64,000 bases of DNA, taken from Styela clava. Its lineage: Eukaryota. The stretch lies in contig NC_135251.1 in the NCBI RefSeq assembly GCF_964204865.1, positions 11,222,001 to 11,286,000 of the forward strand. The letters are read 5' to 3'. The position numbers and the translations under genes were made by a program. The number at the start of each line of letters is the position of its first letter. The first letter of the stretch is position 1. Positions 62,936 to 64,000 of the stretch are shown one piece after another. A model generated the notes under the pieces. It ran no database searches. It was given only the letters and a program-made list of their open reading frames with translations, and had not been told where the DNA came from.

Positions 62936-64000
62936 ATTGCGGCATACCACCAACACAATAACAAAAATTTGACCATTGTGACGTAAGATTTGTCGCTTGA
63001 CAAATTCAAAATTCCACGCTACAATGATTTTCATACTAAAACATAATTTGTCTTAACCATTCATGAAAACTTCTTACACCGCTCGATCAATTAAAAAAAA
63101 CTGTTACAGTTTGTCTTGGTTGAATTTGGATAATTGCCAATGCTAGCGAGAAGAGCCGCATAAAAACGCTGGCGATTCGGAGGTCTAACCCTAACCTGGT
63201 ACACACACTACGAAAGTACCCACCGATTTATAATTTGCAACTCGATTATGCTGATATTTATTATTATTTCTGAAGTATTGACAAATTGATTAAAAGATTT
63301 GCCAGAAGACAGAACATTTCGTAATGATATAATTTGAGGTGTACAACGCGTGAAAATAACATATAATCATATCCGATTGCACAAATTTATAAATTCATTT
63401 TCATCTTAATATTACAGTTGAATCATTTATTTTTTCCAGTAAAATATGCTAATTGTGTTGTTTTGCCCCACCTTTTAACATAGGCTTTCTAGAAGTTGCA
63501 GGCACGAACATTGTGGTTATTGATCTTATGACACGCGTTGTTCACTTCGCACAAGCCTGCTGTTCGGGAATTGTAACGTCATAGGCATAATTTGGACTAA
63601 TGTATTGGCTTTGCAAAGCGAAGGGACCGGGATTACTCGCACGTACCAGATTAAACTAAAGTAAACACTCGGCCGCACAACATTTGAAATTGGTAATTCT
63701 CCGCGTGTCGTACAATATTTGGCCTTCGGAGCGCAGGTTGCACACTCCTGGTGTAAAATATTCATTTTGAAATTTTTACAACGGCGTTCGCCCTCCCTAC
63801 AAGTTTACTTCGAGATTGGGCCAGGGTCATTTAAATGCGATAATAAAATAAAAATTAGAAGCAAAGTTAACTAACGTATAATAATATATACATATAATAT
63901 ATATTGTTACATGTAGTGAACAATAATAAGAGATTAGATTATAAGGGAGGAAAAAAATTACTAGTATTTAGTGATGACGAGGTCATCAAATGGATCTATT

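Overview
AT-rich animal genomic DNA with many short GT-AG introns and dense non-autonomous DNA transposons. It looks like an invertebrate chordate such as an ascidian, but that is inference only. I reconstructed three multi-exon genes by hand, each with consistent splice phases. (1) A + strand collectin-like gene (13988-18638: signal peptide, 21 Gly-X-Y triplets, atypical C-type lectin domain) whose last exon is split by an 886-bp hAT element with a perfect 8-bp TSD. (2) A - strand pancreatic-lipase-family gene (28747-20029, 11 exons, 477 aa, intact Ser-Asp-His triad, lid and PLAT domain). (3) A - strand 41-exon receptor protein tyrosine phosphatase of about 2096 aa (57399-31921) with an unusual ectodomain: CTLD-EGF-Ig-like-Ig-EGF-CTLD-EGF-Ig-like-Ig-Ig-CTLD-FN3s, then TM and tandem PTP D1/D2. 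Non-coding highlights are a 145-bp hairpin with a hammerhead-ribozyme core in its loop (19544-19688), several MITE families with GG..CC ends, 8-9 bp TSDs and a telomere-like TTAGGG core, hAT derivatives with transposase remnants, a SINE-like family, a degenerate intronic satellite and an assembly gap. Most ORFs in the supplied track are spurious or are single-exon fragments.
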